Source: Octopus vulgaris (lineage: Eukaryota). Taken from it: a DNA stretch of 64,000 nucleotides. The position numbers were made by a program, and so were the translations under genes. Of the stretch, positions 25,026-38,344 are shown piece after piece; position 1 is the first letter of the stretch; each line of letters begins with the position of its first letter. A model generated the notes under the pieces. It ran no database searches. It was not told the DNA's origin and saw nothing but the letters and a program-made list of their open reading frames with translations. The stretch is from NCBI GenBank assembly GCA_951406725.2, contig OX597814.1:169880001-169944000 (forward strand). The letters run 5' to 3'.

Positions 25026-26046
25026 GCGGCAAAACACGAGCAAAACAAAAAACTGTTCTCAGTATTTAAGGAAGCTGACAAATACAAACAAGAAATCATA
25101 CCACCTAATAAACATGAAGAAGAAGAAGAAGATGAAGAAACAACAAAAGCTATAAAACAAATGAAATCCAAACTAAAAATAGAACAGCAACGAACCATGA
25201 TAAAACGATGGCAAGAAAAGCCCCTTCATGGTAAATACTGGACTAAACTAAACGCAAAAGAAATAGACAAAGAAAAATCCCAGCAATGGTTGAGAAGCTC
25301 AGGACTCAAAGCAGAAACAGAGCCTCCCCACCAGAAATTACCAAAAACATGTAATGAAAAGAAATATTACAAGTAACTGCAGAATATGTGGAGATGGACA
25401 AGAAACAATAAATCATATTATCTCTAGCTGCCCAGTCCTGGCTAAGAAGGAATATATTCACAGACATGACAGAGTTGGAACCTACATACATTGGAAGCTA
25501 TGCCAACATTATGGAATAACAACAGAAAAAAGATGGTATAGGCACACACCAGAAAAGGTCACAGAAAACGAGAAAGCAACCATACTCTGGGATATGCCGA
25601 TACACACAGATAGAGAAATTAAGGCCAACAGACCAGATATAGTTGTCAGAGATCGTGAAGAAAAAAATGCTTTCTAATTGATGTATCAATACCGGCAGAT
25701 GACAACGTGTCTCTAAAAGAAATGGAGAAACTCTCAAAATACAAAGACCTGGAAATAGAGGTAACTAGAATGTGGAATCTGAAAACAGAAACAATTCCTA
25801 TCATAGTAGGTGCATTAGGCATGATAAAAAAATATTCAGACAAATACATAACAAAAACACCAGGACTTACAAACACATATAATATACAGAAAATTTGCAC
25901 TACTAGGCACTGCACACATCCTACGCAGAACACTTTCCATACAATAACCATCAGAGCATCACAACAAATCACAGCACATACCTAAGGTACACAGAGCTGC
26001 GCTCGGTAGTGAAGTGAAAGCACGCTATAAAAAATAAAACTACTGA
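25025..26046 (+). mobile_element. 5'-truncated R4/Dong-clade non-LTR retrotransposon (CCHC zinc knuckle + restriction-like endonuclease) in (AAT)n
   Basis: WQEKPLHGKY, CRICGDGQETINHIISSC, RHDRV, WDMPIHTDREIKANRPDIVV, EKLSKYKDL, IPIIVGALG; frameshifted; (AAT)n on both sides, the target known for Dong elements. Confidence 0.9.
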
Positions 26047-26424
26047 ATAATAATAATAATAATAATAATGAGGCATCTCAAGGCGACTACAGTACCAGTG
26101 ATTATAGGATCTTTAGGAATGATAAAAAAAAGGTACTGAAACCTATTTGAAAATGATTCCAGGCTTACCATCCCTACAGGAAGTGCAAAAAATCGTATTA
26201 ACTGGAACGGCTCATGTACTGAGAAGAGCATTATCGTTGTGAAAACAACATCCATCCATGGATTTATTTATTTATTAATTTTTATAAATATATTTTTTTT
26301 ATCTGTGAATTTGCATGTGTAATCTGGGAATGCATACAATGAGCTTCTCTGCCCTAGGTGTATGGAAAACACTTGGCGAGAAACAGAAGAAAATTTGAAG
26401 AAAGAAGGAATAAACATAATAATA

Positions 26425-26485
<61 letters not shown>

Positions 26486-27164
26486 GGATAAGATAATTAT
26501 AACTTAAGATAATAATTTGGATAGGATAATTATAACTTAGCAAGATGTAGATGATTCACATTTTCATTTAATTCTAGTTAACTTTAATTCTTTCACATAT
26601 CAGACCTAAATATTCTACCTTGTTATATGCTCAAACCAGCCAGATTTGGCCTCTTATACCTCCCCTACAATGTCACTCTAAATATAAATAATTACACCAT
26701 TGAAATCTTGAAACTACAAGCTGCATGATTAATTTGAATCAATGTGAGTAGATAAGCTTTACATTTGGCAGAGAAAAAAACTGAATTCCAAAGGGATAAG
26801 TCAATCATGAACTGATTCCAACATCCAATTATTGATGAATCTAGCTCATCACAGTAAACAATAAAGATTTAGAATATGCTCACTATTTCAACAACTTGTG
26901 TAGTGTAATATTTATGCCTTACTAAGACAAACCTTTCCATATTCATCACATGTAAAATCATCATGTTCATTAATGCTAGTTAGAACATCATTTCTTTCAT
27001 TTTTTTTCATTTTTCTTTTGATCTTTGCATGCTCCTTTCTCTTTCTTTCAAATTCATTTTTGCCTTCATACACAACATTTTTTCCATTTTTCTCAGTAAT
27101 GCACTAAAACTTCCCAGTCAATTGGAACATTTATCGAATAGCCGCTCTCTGTGTTATTGTTGAC

Positions 27165-27587
27165 AGAGCGGCTATTCGAGTATGATTGTTACCAGCATCG
27201 CCTTACTTGCACTTATGCCTGTGCTAGTAGGGTGCCAAGAACACCATCCATGCGTGGTCATTGTGATCATTGCCAGAGCAGCCAACTGGCTTCTGTACCC
27301 GTGGCACATAAAAGGGCACTATTCGAGCGTAATCGTTACCAACGTTGCTTCACTAGCACCTGTGTCGGTGGCACGTACAAGAAGATTTGAGCGAGGTCAT
27401 TGCCAGTACCGCCTGACTGGCCCCCGTGCAGGTGGCACGTAAAAAGCACCCACTACACTCTCGGAGTGTTTGGCATTAGGAAGGGCATCCAGCTGTAGAA
27501 ACTCTGCCAGATCAAGACTGGCAAAACCGTCCAACCCATGCTAGCATGGAAAACGGACGTTAAATGAGGATGATGATGATGATGATC
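27165..27587 (+). mobile_element. RTE LINE 3' UTR fragment
   Basis: Tandem ggtggcac units and canonical tail. Confidence 0.8.
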
Positions 27588-27589
27588 TT

Positions 27590-28598
27590 ATTCAATCCTG
27601 ACTCCAGACAATCTTTGTACCTCATCTTTGGTTTGTGGGACAGACACTTACCTGTCACCAATTCTCCATAAAAAAGTTGTTTAGGCATTCTGTTGTCTGT
27701 CATTCTGACTAAGTTTCCCCTCCATCTCAATCTGTACTGCAATAGTAAAACTTCAATAATGAGGCATTTTCCTCTTTCAAGTACCTCATTGTCTCTCCCA
27801 AACATTTTCCAGCTGATTTTCCAAATCCTTCTAAGATATTGTTGATGAAAATGTTCCATAAGTTTTAAGTTCTTAAGATCCACAGTCCAGGTTTTGCAAG
27901 TGTACAATAAAGAGGTTAAGATACATTTATATCTTAATCTTTGTCGCAGTGGAAATACCATGTCCAGACCATAGGCAGTCTTCCAGTTTGCCAAAAGCAA
28001 AACCTGCTTTCTGAATCCGTGGTGACACTTCATCATCAAGATTCGCTGATGTGTTTAGTGTGCTCCCTTAGTAAACAAACTTAGAATCCACAGCAAGTTT
28101 TCTCCCATACACAAAGATACCAGGTTCTATGTATGGCATTCCTGGTGCAAGCTGAAACATGACAACTGTTTTGGCTAGATTTATGATTAAGCCAAATGCC
28201 TCACAAGCCATTGAAATTACATTCATAAGATTTTGCATGTCCTCCTCAGTATGAGTGACAATATCACACTCAACTGCAAAGGAGAGGTCTCTAATAAGAG
28301 TTGAAGATGTCCCTGACTTATCTGACAGTCTTCTGATGTTAAAGATTTTTCCTGTTGTGCAATATCTGATATGCTTGTTGGTATGGTTGTTGTGTAAAGA
28401 AGCCTTCGAAAGCCAATTGAAAAACTATAGTAAAATAGAGGGTGAAGAGAGTGAGAGCTAGTATGGCACCTTGCTTTACCCTATTTGTAAAAGAGATAGG
28501 CTCTGACAGCCTTCCACCAATGTTGATTCTTACTTCCATGCCATCATGAAACTGTTTCAGAATAGTGAGAAACTTTACCAGGCATCCAAGTCTCCTCA
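27590..28598 (-). mobile_element. RTE-BovB-like LINE reverse transcriptase remnant
   Basis: LGCLVKFLTILKQFHDGM...VKQGAILALTLFTLYF, then LLYTCKTW...EHFHQQYLRRI...LRWRGNLVRMTDNRMPKQLFYGEL..GK....PKMRYKD. Confidence 0.9.
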
Positions 28599-28934
28599 TA
28601 TATACATATATACACATATATGTATGTGTGTATGCATGTATGCAACCAGAGTTGGTTTGTTTACATCCCCTGTAGCTTAGCAGCTTTGCAAAAGTGACAA
28701 ACAGAAGAAACAGACTTTAAAGATAAGCAGTGGGGTTGATTTGTTTGAGTAACCCCTTCAAGGTGGTGCCCCAGCATGGCCACTGTCCAATAACTGAAAC
28801 AAGTAAAGCATAAAAAGACAAAAGATATGTGTATGCATGTGTGTGTATGTGAAAAGCTACTATGATGTTGGCTGGTGCCACATAAAACGATGCCACATAA
28901 AACGAGAGACGAATATCGATATATCAATATACAT

Positions 28935-29350
28935 GTTATCATCGTCGTCATCATCATCAGCATCGTCATTTAATGTCCATTTCCATGCTGGCATGGGTTG
29001 GAAAGTTTGACTGAGGGATGGCCAGATAGAAGGCTGCACCAGGCTCTGATCTAATCTGGCAGAGTTTCTACAGCTGGATGCCCTTTCTAATGCCAACCAC
29101 TCCGAGAGTGTAGTGGGTGCTTTTTACATGCCACTAGCACGAGGGCCAATCAGGCTATACTGGCATCAATCACACTTGAATGGTGCTTTTTACATGCCTC
29201 CAACATAGGAGCCTGTCAAGCAGCCCTGGCAATGACCATGCTCGAATGGTGCTTTTTATGTGCCACCGGCACAAGATCCAGTCAGGTTGCACCAGCCAGA
29301 GTCAGGCTGTGTTGGCCAGAGTCAGGTGGCACTGGCCAGAGTCAGGCGGC
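28935..29350 (-). mobile_element. RTE LINE 3' UTR fragment
   Basis: Tail plus tandem units. Confidence 0.75.
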
Positions 29351-29359
29351 ACTATCAGA

Positions 29360-29508
29360 TTTACATACATACATACATATAAACAGATAGATAGATAGAT
29401 GGATAGATAGATAGATAGATACATACATACATACATACATACATACACACATACATACATACATACATACATACATACATACATACAAACATACATACAT
29501 AAACAGAC

Positions 29509-29550
<42 letters not shown>

Positions 29551-30113
29551 GCAGACAGACAGATAGAGAAAGAGACACACGTGCACACGCATGCGCACAC
29601 ACACTCATATACACACACACACACGCACACAAAGGAACAAACACAGAGGTGGGGAGAGAGAGAGTGAAATGGTGAAAGTGATTTATGGTAAGCTTATGGC
29701 TGAGTGATTTTAGTCAATACAGTGATTTAGCTGCAGTCTCTACATTTCAGAGGTAAGTTAAGAATGTGTGTTTACTATAAGCACACACCTGTAGGTTTAC
29801 ATTGCAGATCTGTTTATTCTGATATAAATGTAGTGCTTCTCTTGATATGTACATGAGAATGTGTGTGTGTGTGTGTGAGTGTCTGTGTGTATGTGCGTGC
29901 GTGCATGTGTGCGTATGTGAGTGTGTGTATGTGTATGTGTGCGTGTACATGCTTGTGTGTGTGTGTGTGTTTGTGTGTGTATGTGTGTGCATATGTGTGT
30001 GTGTGTGTCTGTGTGTGTGTGTGCATGTTTGTGTGTGTGTATGTGTGTGCATGCTTGTGTGTGTGTGTGTGTATGTGCATGTGTGTGCATGTACATGTTT
30101 GTGTGTGTGTGCT

Positions 30114-30148
<35 letters not shown>

Positions 30149-30471
30149 ATGTGTGTTTATTTCAGTCGTACCGGTTGGGTAGGCGCCAGTCAGGAAACCT
30201 TTATACAACTGCTCAACCTCCTAGAAATAGCAGCCAAAAATTGGTGGCAGTATTGATGGTGGTGGTAGTGGTGGTGGTGGTGGTGGTGGTGGTGATAGTA
30301 ACAATGCTTGTTGGTATGGCTGTTGTGTAAAGATGGTGAAGAGAATGAGTATTGCAGTAGAGTGGTAATGGTGATGATAATTATGGTGGTGGTGGTGGAG
30401 ATGGTGCTGGTGGTGCTGCTGGTGGTAGTGGTTATAGGTGAGGACTGTGCAGGTGATGGTGGTAGTGGCTG

Positions 30472-30504
<33 letters not shown>

Positions 30505-30840
30505 TTAATGGCGCTGCTGCTGCTGCTGCTGTTGGTGATGGTGATAGTAGTGGTGGTGATGGCTATGGTAGTGGTGGTGGTGATAGCAGCTGTTATTGGT
30601 AGTTCTGGTGGTAATGGCTAATGGTGGTGCTAGCAGTGGTGGTGGTGGTGGTGGTGGTGGTGGTGGTGATGGTGGTGGTGATGGTGGTGATGGTGGTGGT
30701 GGCGGTGATGGTGGTGGTGGTGGTGGTGGTGTTGGTGGTGGTGGTAACGGTGATTCTGGTAGTAGCGGTAGTGGTGATGGTGGTGGTGGTGGTGGTAATG
30801 GTGATTCTGGTAGTAGCGGTAGTGGCTGATGGTGGTTGTT
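29360..30840. repeat. Compound microsatellite block: (TACA)n, (GATA)n, (TG)n, (GGT)n
   Basis: Direct reading. Confidence 0.95.
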
Positions 30841-31159
30841 CTGGGAGAAACGATAACAGCATCATTGTAATGGCATTGGTTGTTGTGAAGGAAACATCCA
30901 TTACATAGGGGATAGATGGGATGTTTTCTTCACAAACAACATCATTTTTATCTTTTATATATATATATATATATTTTTTTTTTGTCTTTTACTTTATTTC
31001 TCCGGAACCTGATCAGATCGATTTACAAATAGGTTTAGTTTCCATTGTTGAAATTCCTCTGACGTAGAATTAATATAATTCTCAGAGAGATTGTATAACC
31101 TGGACTGATAAAGCAAACACAAATTCAACAGAGGGACTGAGAAGGTCAGGGGCACTGCA

Positions 31160-31970
31160 TCTTTTCCTCCACGTCTTCCTCTCCTTCCTCTTCTGCCTCA
31201 TTTTCCTTCTTCCTCTTCTTCTCATTCCCTTCCTTTCCTGCCTCTCCCGCTCTCTCTTCTCCTCCTCCTCATACTTCATTCTTCCCCTTTCACTCCTTCG
31301 TTTTCTCTTTCTCTTTCTCTCTCTCTCCTTCTCTTCCTCCATTTACTTCTTTACTCCTTCCTCTTTTGTTCCTTCGTCCTCTGCCTCATCTTCCCCCTCC
31401 ACTCCCACTTCTTCTTGCTCCAACTCTTTCTATTCCACCTTCTCTTCTTCCTCCTCTCTGTCCTGTTCTGCTACTTCCTCATCTTCCACATCTTCCTACT
31501 TTTCTTCTTTTCCGCTTCTTCTTTCTCCTCCTCCTCTTCTACTTCTCCCCTACTCCTCTTCCTTCTGCTCTTTCTCCTCCTCCTTCTTTTCTTCTTCTTC
31601 TTCCTCATCTTCCTACTTTTCTTCTTTTCCTCTTCTTCTTTCTCCTCCTTCTCCTCCGCCTCTTCTACTTCTCCCCTACTCCTCTTCCTTTTGCTCTTTC
31701 TCCCCCTTCTTCTCCTCCTTCTTCCTCTTCTTCTTCTCTTCTCCTTCTTCCCTTTCTCTTTCTCTTCCTCCTCTTCTTCTTCTTCTTCTTCTTCTTGTCT
31801 TCCTCTTTTTCCTTCTCTTCTTTTTCACACTCTTCTTCCTCTCTTCTCCTTTTCCTCTTCTCCCTCCATCTTCCTTCTTCTCTTATCCTTGTCTTCCTCC
31901 TCTCTTCCCCCTTCCTCTCCTTCTTCTTCTTCTCTTCTTTCTCTCCTCCTGCTCTCCATCTCCACTGCCT
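31160..31970. repeat. Polypyrimidine (CTT/CCT)n low-complexity tract
   Basis: Direct reading; internal duplication near 31475-31590 and 31600-31710. Confidence 0.95.
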
Positions 31971-32370
31971 CCTGGCTAAGCCAAGAAGAGATAAATAAAC
32001 AGAGAGAAAATGAAGAGAGATTTGTTGGCATGGATTACACCAGACTGCCAGCATCATTTACACAAAGCAAAATGTAACAGGGATACACTAATAAAAACCT
32101 CAAAATTAGCCTTTTAATTGAATTTCGCCAGTAATTTTAGTTAATCAATGCAGTTGGTTGTTAGTGGATAAGATAAATGTTTTTTGCCCTTAGAGACTTA
32201 TTTAAAGCTCAGATAATTTCCTGTACTGATAAGTTGACTTCAGCAAGCATAAAGCATCAACTGGATGAGGTATGAAATATATGCATAAATTGTGTAACTT
32301 CAAAATGATATTACAGTGGAGTTTGAATAGCATAGGAAGTTGTTTCTTTGACCAAGTCGGGGTAAAATGG

Positions 32371-32800
32371 TAGGCGTAGGAGTGGCTGTGTGGTGGTAAG
32401 TAGCTTGCTTACTAACCACATGGTTCCAAGTTCAGTCCTACTGCATGGCACCTTCTACTATAGCCTTGGGCCATCCAAAGCCTTGTACCATCCAAAACCT
32501 TGCGAGTGAGTTTGGTAGACAGAAACTGAAAGAAGCCTAGCATGAATGTGTGTATGTGTGTGTGTGTGTGTGTGTGTGCATGTGAATATATATTTGTGTG
32601 TCTGTGTTTGTCCCCCACCCACCATCACGTGACAACTGATGTTGGTGTGTTTACCTACCCATAACTTAGCAGTTCAGCAAAAGAAACTGATAGAATAAGT
32701 AAGTACTAGGCTTACAAAGAATGAGTCCCGGGGTTGATTTGTTCAAATAAAGGTGGTGCTCCAGCATAGCCACAGTCAAATGACTGACACTAATAAAAGA
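32371..32800 (+). mobile_element. SINE family A
   Basis: Full architecture. Confidence 0.85.
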
Positions 32801-33189
32801 ATATTTGTATATGTATATACATAAAATTAAGAAGGAGAGGAGACAAATTCAAAGGTCGATGTATATATTCATTCAATCCATATTAACGAAATTCTCCAAG
32901 GTATACAATATACATACATAGATGCATTCATCTATATGATATATAAAATTTATAAGAATTTATAAGTGCATACATATACACAAAAATTTATAAATATATA
33001 AAAATTCATAGGCTTATAAAAATTTATAAACACATAAAAATTCATAAATATAAATATATAAAAATATAAATCCATAAATGTACCTGCAAAGTCCGAATGT
33101 TCGAATTTGATTCAATGAAGAGGAAGATAAAAAAGCGAATGCAAAATGATTCATAAGGAATCCTAAACATGTATAAATTCTATGTATAA

Positions 33190-33278
33190 AATCTTAGAGC
33201 CATTTCGAAAAGGTATAGGCTGCTATGGGTGAGTTAACTCCAACCATGGCAATTCTCTATATTTCTCTCATCAGAGTT
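33190..33278 (-). ncRNA. Degenerate type I hammerhead with long (~60-nt) stem II
   Basis: Minus strand aact-CTGATGA-gagaaa.tatag..tgccatgg..gagtt/aactc..ccatagca..ctata..ttttc-GAAAt-ggctcta-agatt; stem III is mutated. Confidence 0.55.
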
Positions 33279-33418
33279 AATGGATTCCCAAAGTTAAAAC
33301 TTTAAAAGAAATGGTAGGTTAGATGATATTTAAAAACTGAATGTTTAATCAGACCATTCTCTTCAAGCAGATGATGTTAAAGTTATAGTTGCAGGCTAAA
33401 GTGCATTACAACGCTATA

Positions 33419-33803
33419 TCTTTATATATAAAAGTCAAGTTGTGTGTCTGTCTCCTACGATTTAGATTCCTAACTACTCCCACATTTTGCGATGCAGTTT
33501 AACCAAAACCGGGTATCTTATAGTCGTGATTCATATCGAGCCCTTCTGGGTATTAGCACGCATCTATGATGAGTCTACGATTTTAAAAATAATTTGCCAT
33601 CATTTTTTTCCATTTTAATGCATTGTATCGCTATTATATAAGGGAAGTAACTCTCTAAAAATGTCTACGATTTTTAAAAAAATTACCATCATTTTTTTCC
33701 CATTTTTAATGCATTTTTTTGCTATTTTTGGGCTATAACTCTCTAAAAATGCTTTATAGTTATTTCCCTTACAAACCTGAGCAACGCCGGGCGATACTGC
33801 TAG
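33419..33803 (+). mobile_element. Non-autonomous Helitron
   Basis: 5' TCtttatatataaaag, subterminal hairpin cctgagcaacgccggg, 3' CTAG; inserted between A and T with no TSD. Confidence 0.85.
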
Positions 33804-33881
33804 TATAGTATAAAGTTTTAGAAGGATCCATAATATGAAGGAAGGCTAGATTAGGATCCTACAGTTTAATTATTTTTGCAC

Positions 33882-33938
<57 letters not shown>

Positions 33939-34727
33939 TAATAAGAAATAGGGATACAATAAGTACCTGTTTGCTTGAAAGAGTAGTTAAAATCCTCCAA
34001 AACCACTCATCTCTCACTATATGTAAACACACACACACATATATATATGTATGTATGAATGTATATGTATATGTAAATATATATATATGTACAGTTAAAT
34101 AATGAGGGAGATAAATTGAATATTAATTTAATTAATATCAATTTAAAACCAGTAGCCTAGCATACAAAAATCTGAAAAATCAGAGAAAATTCTAATACAT
34201 GTGTATATTTAAAGGGCTGAAAACCACTATGTGGACAGCCAGGTGATCTACTTCTAGCATATGGCTGTCCACATAGTGGTTTTTAGGCTTTTAAATATGC
34301 ATATATATATATGTATGTAGATATATGATAAGTGCAGGTGTGGTTATATATGCACATATAGCTGTGTGATAAGAATCTTACTTCCATACTATATGGTTTT
34401 GGGTTCAGTCCGGCTGAATGGTACCCAAAGCCAAGCAAAGCTTGATGTGTGGATTTGGTCAAGGTGGTGAGCCAGCAGAAACATTAGCTTGCTGGGTGAA
34501 ATGCTTAGCGGTATTACATCTGTCATTACGTTCTGGTTTCAAATTCCACTGAGGTTGACTTTGCCTTTCATACTTTTAAAGTCAATAAATTAAGTACCAG
34601 TTGTGTACTGGGGTTGATCTACTTGACTGGCCTCCTCCCCCAAAATTCCAGGCCTTGTGCCTAAAGTAGAAAGGGATGAGCAGATTTAGTAGATAGAAAG
34701 AGAACGATGCCTGTCATACATACATAC

Positions 34728-34761
<34 letters not shown>

Positions 34762-34764
<3 letters not shown>

Positions 34765-35699
34765 TTGTGCTAAGCATCAGGAGCATCAGTTGTGGTGTGC
34801 AAGAGAGACGATTGCGCTGATATGGTCATGTGGCGAGAATGGATGAAGATAGGTATGTGAAAAAGTGCCAATCCCTAACAGTGGAGGGAACCCGTGGAAG
34901 AGGTAGACCCAGGAAAACTTGGGACGAGGTGGTGAAGCACGACCTTCGAACTTTAGGTCTCACTGAGGAAATGACCAGCGACCGAGACCTTTGGAAATAT
35001 GCTGTGCGTGAAAAGACCAGGCAGGACAAGTGAGTCCAGCCCACTTATGCATGCCTTTCCTCCCTTGGACACACAAAGACCTGTTGAGGCAAGCGAAGTC
35101 GATATCGAACCTCATCCGACGACAGGCACTATGCCTACCCCCCTTTGCTTGCGAAGACCTGTTGAGGCAAGTGAAATCGGAATCGAAATTGAACCAATCC
35201 TATGACTGGCATCCGGCAGATGCCAGGACCCCTGGACTGGAGATACGTAAAAAGCACTATCCGAATCGTGACCGATGCCAGTGCCGCCTCAACTGGCTTC
35301 CGTGTCGGTGGCACGTAAAAAGCACCATCCGAATCATGGCCGAAGCCAGTGCCGCCTCGACTGGCTTCCGTGTCGGTGGCACGTAAAAAGCACCATCCGA
35401 ATCGTGGCCGAAGCCAGTGCTGCCTCGACTGGCTTCCGTGCAGGTGGCACGTAAAATGCACCAATCCGACCGTGGCCGATGCCAGCCTTGCCTGGCACCA
35501 GTGCAGGTGGCACATAAAAAGCACCCACTACACTCACAGAGTGGTTGGCGTTAGGAAGGGCATCCAGCTGTAGAAACATTGCCAGATAAGACCGGAGCCT
35601 GGTGCAGCCTTCTGGCTTCCCAGATCCCCGGTCGAACCATCCAATCCATGCTAGCATGGAGAACGGATGTTAAACGATGATGATGATGATGATGATGAT
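34762..35699 (+). mobile_element. 5'-truncated RTE LINE (C-terminal ORF fragment, 3' UTR VNTR, (GAT)n tail) in (TA)n
   Basis: ARMDEDRYVKKCQSLTVEGTRGRGRPRKTWDEVVKHDL; 68-bp tandem units starting near 35307, 35375 and 35443. Confidence 0.92.
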
Positions 35700-35724
35700 A
35701 TATATATATATATATATATATATC

Positions 35725-35917
35725 GCCATGATAGATTGCTAGCCACTACACATTCTTTATTTTCTCTCCTTGTTTCTTTGTGTTCCTTTCTGTGGAAGAG
35801 CGTAGGCCCGAAACATTAAAGACTTTTTCACATTACCGAGCATTATATTAATACATCTGTTCATTGTCTACACCACCTGTCTTCGTCTTCTGTTGTTTTT
35901 TTTGTGAATTCTCCCTA
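35725..35917 (+). mobile_element. PLE-type terminus in (TA)n with hammerhead-like fold (35786-35822); relatives at 63574-63712 (-) and 3024-3090 (-)
   Basis: cttt-CTGTGGA-agagcgtaggccc-GAAACATT-aaag; downstream sequence shared with the 63574 copy. Confidence 0.6.
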
Positions 35918-35923
35918 AATATA

Positions 35924-35959
<36 letters not shown>

Positions 35960-36242
35960 CATACACACACATACATACATACATACATACATACATACAT
36001 ACATACATACATACATACACACACACATATATGTCATCATCAAATTTGATGACCAAGCAGCTGCAATAAATAAATTAATTAAATAAATAATAGGATAGAA
36101 TGAAAGTGGAAGCTCAAGTATGTTATTACTATTAAGAAAACTTGTTCTGGCACAGAATTATTTGCTATAAACCTCACATTCACATTTACTTCTTTCTGAA
36201 GAGTTAGAATGGGATTTATGAACTTTTATTTTAGTGCTTATA

Positions 36243-36459
36243 CTCTTTTACTCTCTTACTTGTTTCAGTCATTTGACTGTGGCCATGCTGGAGCACCGCC
36301 TTTTAGTCAAACGAATTGACCCAGGACTTATTCTTTGTAAGCCTAGTACTTATTCTATCGGTCTCTTTTGCCGAACTGCTAAGTTACGGGGATGTAAACA
36401 CACCAGCATCGGTTGTCAAGCAATGTTGGGGTGGGGACAAACACAGACACAAACATATG

Positions 36460-36504
<45 letters not shown>

Positions 36505-36668
36505 GATGGGCTTCTTTCAGTTTCCGTCTACCAAATCCACTCACAAGGCTTTGGTCTGCCCGAGGCTATAGTAGAGGACACTTGCCCAAGGTACCACACA
36601 GTGGGACTGAACCCAGAATCATGTGGTTGGTAAGCAAGCTACTTACCACACACCCACTCCTGCACCTA
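36243..36668 (-). mobile_element. Full-length SINE family A
   Basis: Full architecture on the minus strand. Confidence 0.9.
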
Positions 36669-37402
36669 TAATTAATTTGTTCAATTGTGTATGCCCATTC
36701 TCATGAGCATACTCATGAGCATGCTAAGGCAGGTACGTTAAGCACAACCACTGCTTCTTGAGACCACACACTGAGGTCACCTGCTGAAGTTGTACACTCA
36801 GCCAGGGTTCTCCCTGTTCAGTCTTTGATTGCCATTATTCCATTCTCATCTTTGTTGCCCATGAGCTTGTTCTGTTTACCTACTCCTCAAAGATAAGAGC
36901 ACATAGGTTCTAAGACCTGTTAACATGGCCAAAGTACTACAGCCTCCATTACCTAACCATCATCCCCAAATTTTGTTCTGCTCATATTTTGTATCAGACC
37001 AAATTCGTTTAATTCTGCAGGTCACTCTTCTCTTCTCATCCAATTTCATACAATTATAAAGTACTGGTGCCAGTAAAAAAAAGCCCTTTTTCACTGGTAA
37101 AAAAGTGCTTTTTACCAGTAAAAAGCACTCAATCCACTCTGCAGTGTAGCTGATGTTGGGAAGGGCATCCAGCTACAAGAATCATGCCAAAACAGACACA
37201 AAAGCCTGATGTAGTCTTCTTCCTGGCCAGCTCCTGTGAAACTGCCAGCATGGAAGGTGGATGTTAAACAATAATGATGAGGATAAAGATGATAAATTTA
37301 ATTCTTTAGCATTCAGATTATTCTATTAAATATAATGCTTATAAATTCACAGTGTTTAAAATTAATCATACATTATCTTGTAGCTTATAAACTTTGATGA
37401 TA

Positions 37403-37808
37403 TTACTCTTTACTTGTTTCAGTCATTTGACTGCAGCCATGCTGGAGCATCGCCTTTAGTCGAGCAAATCGACCCCGGGACTTATTCTTTGTATGCCCAG
37501 TACTTATTCTATCGGTCTCTTTTGCCGAACCGCTAAGTGACGGGGACGTAAACACACCAGCATCGATTGTCAAACAATGCTAGGGGGACAAACACAGACA
37601 CACAAACACACACACACACATATACATATATATATATACATATATGCGACAGGCTTCTTTCAGTTTCCGTCTACCAAATCCACTCACAAGGCATTGGTCA
37701 GCCCGGGGCTATAGCAGAAGACACTTGCCCAAGATGCCACGCAGTGGGACTGAACCCGGAACCATGTGGTTGGTTAGCAGGCTACTTACCACACAGCCAC
37801 TCCTGTTT
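37403..37808 (-). mobile_element. SINE family A nested in a piggyBac-like MITE
   Basis: Full architecture; MITE halves at 37298-37402 and 37809-37931. Confidence 0.85.
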
Positions 37809-38144
37809 ATAATCTAATATAGATTATACATTATAGGGTAGGTATGAGAGGTTGAATCTGGCTGCTTTGAACATAAAAGAAGGTACAATATTTGGGCCAG
37901 ATATGACCAAATTTAAATGCTTATAGATTAAATCACCTTGGACTCATCCATTTATTATTATTATTTGTTCAATCTGGAGAACAAGGCTGTGCCCATGGTA
38001 TTCACACCCATTCCAAGACCTTGAGATTGATGCCGTTCACATTCAGTTAAACTGTTACAAATTGATGACTGCAGGGAAATCATATGCATTTGTAAGCCAA
38101 AAAGTGCCAACATCCTGGGAAGAAACAACTGAACCAGCTAAGTT

Positions 38145-38301
38145 CATTATTTACATTATTTACATTATTTACATTCGATGGATATTTGTCCTCATTTTGT
38201 TTGTTGTTAACCTTTCGGCTGATATACCCTCCAGCCTTCTTCAGGTGTCTTGGGGAAATTTCGAACCTGGGTTCTCATTCCTAAGGTATTTTTCGATGCT
38301 A

Positions 38302-38344
<43 letters not shown>

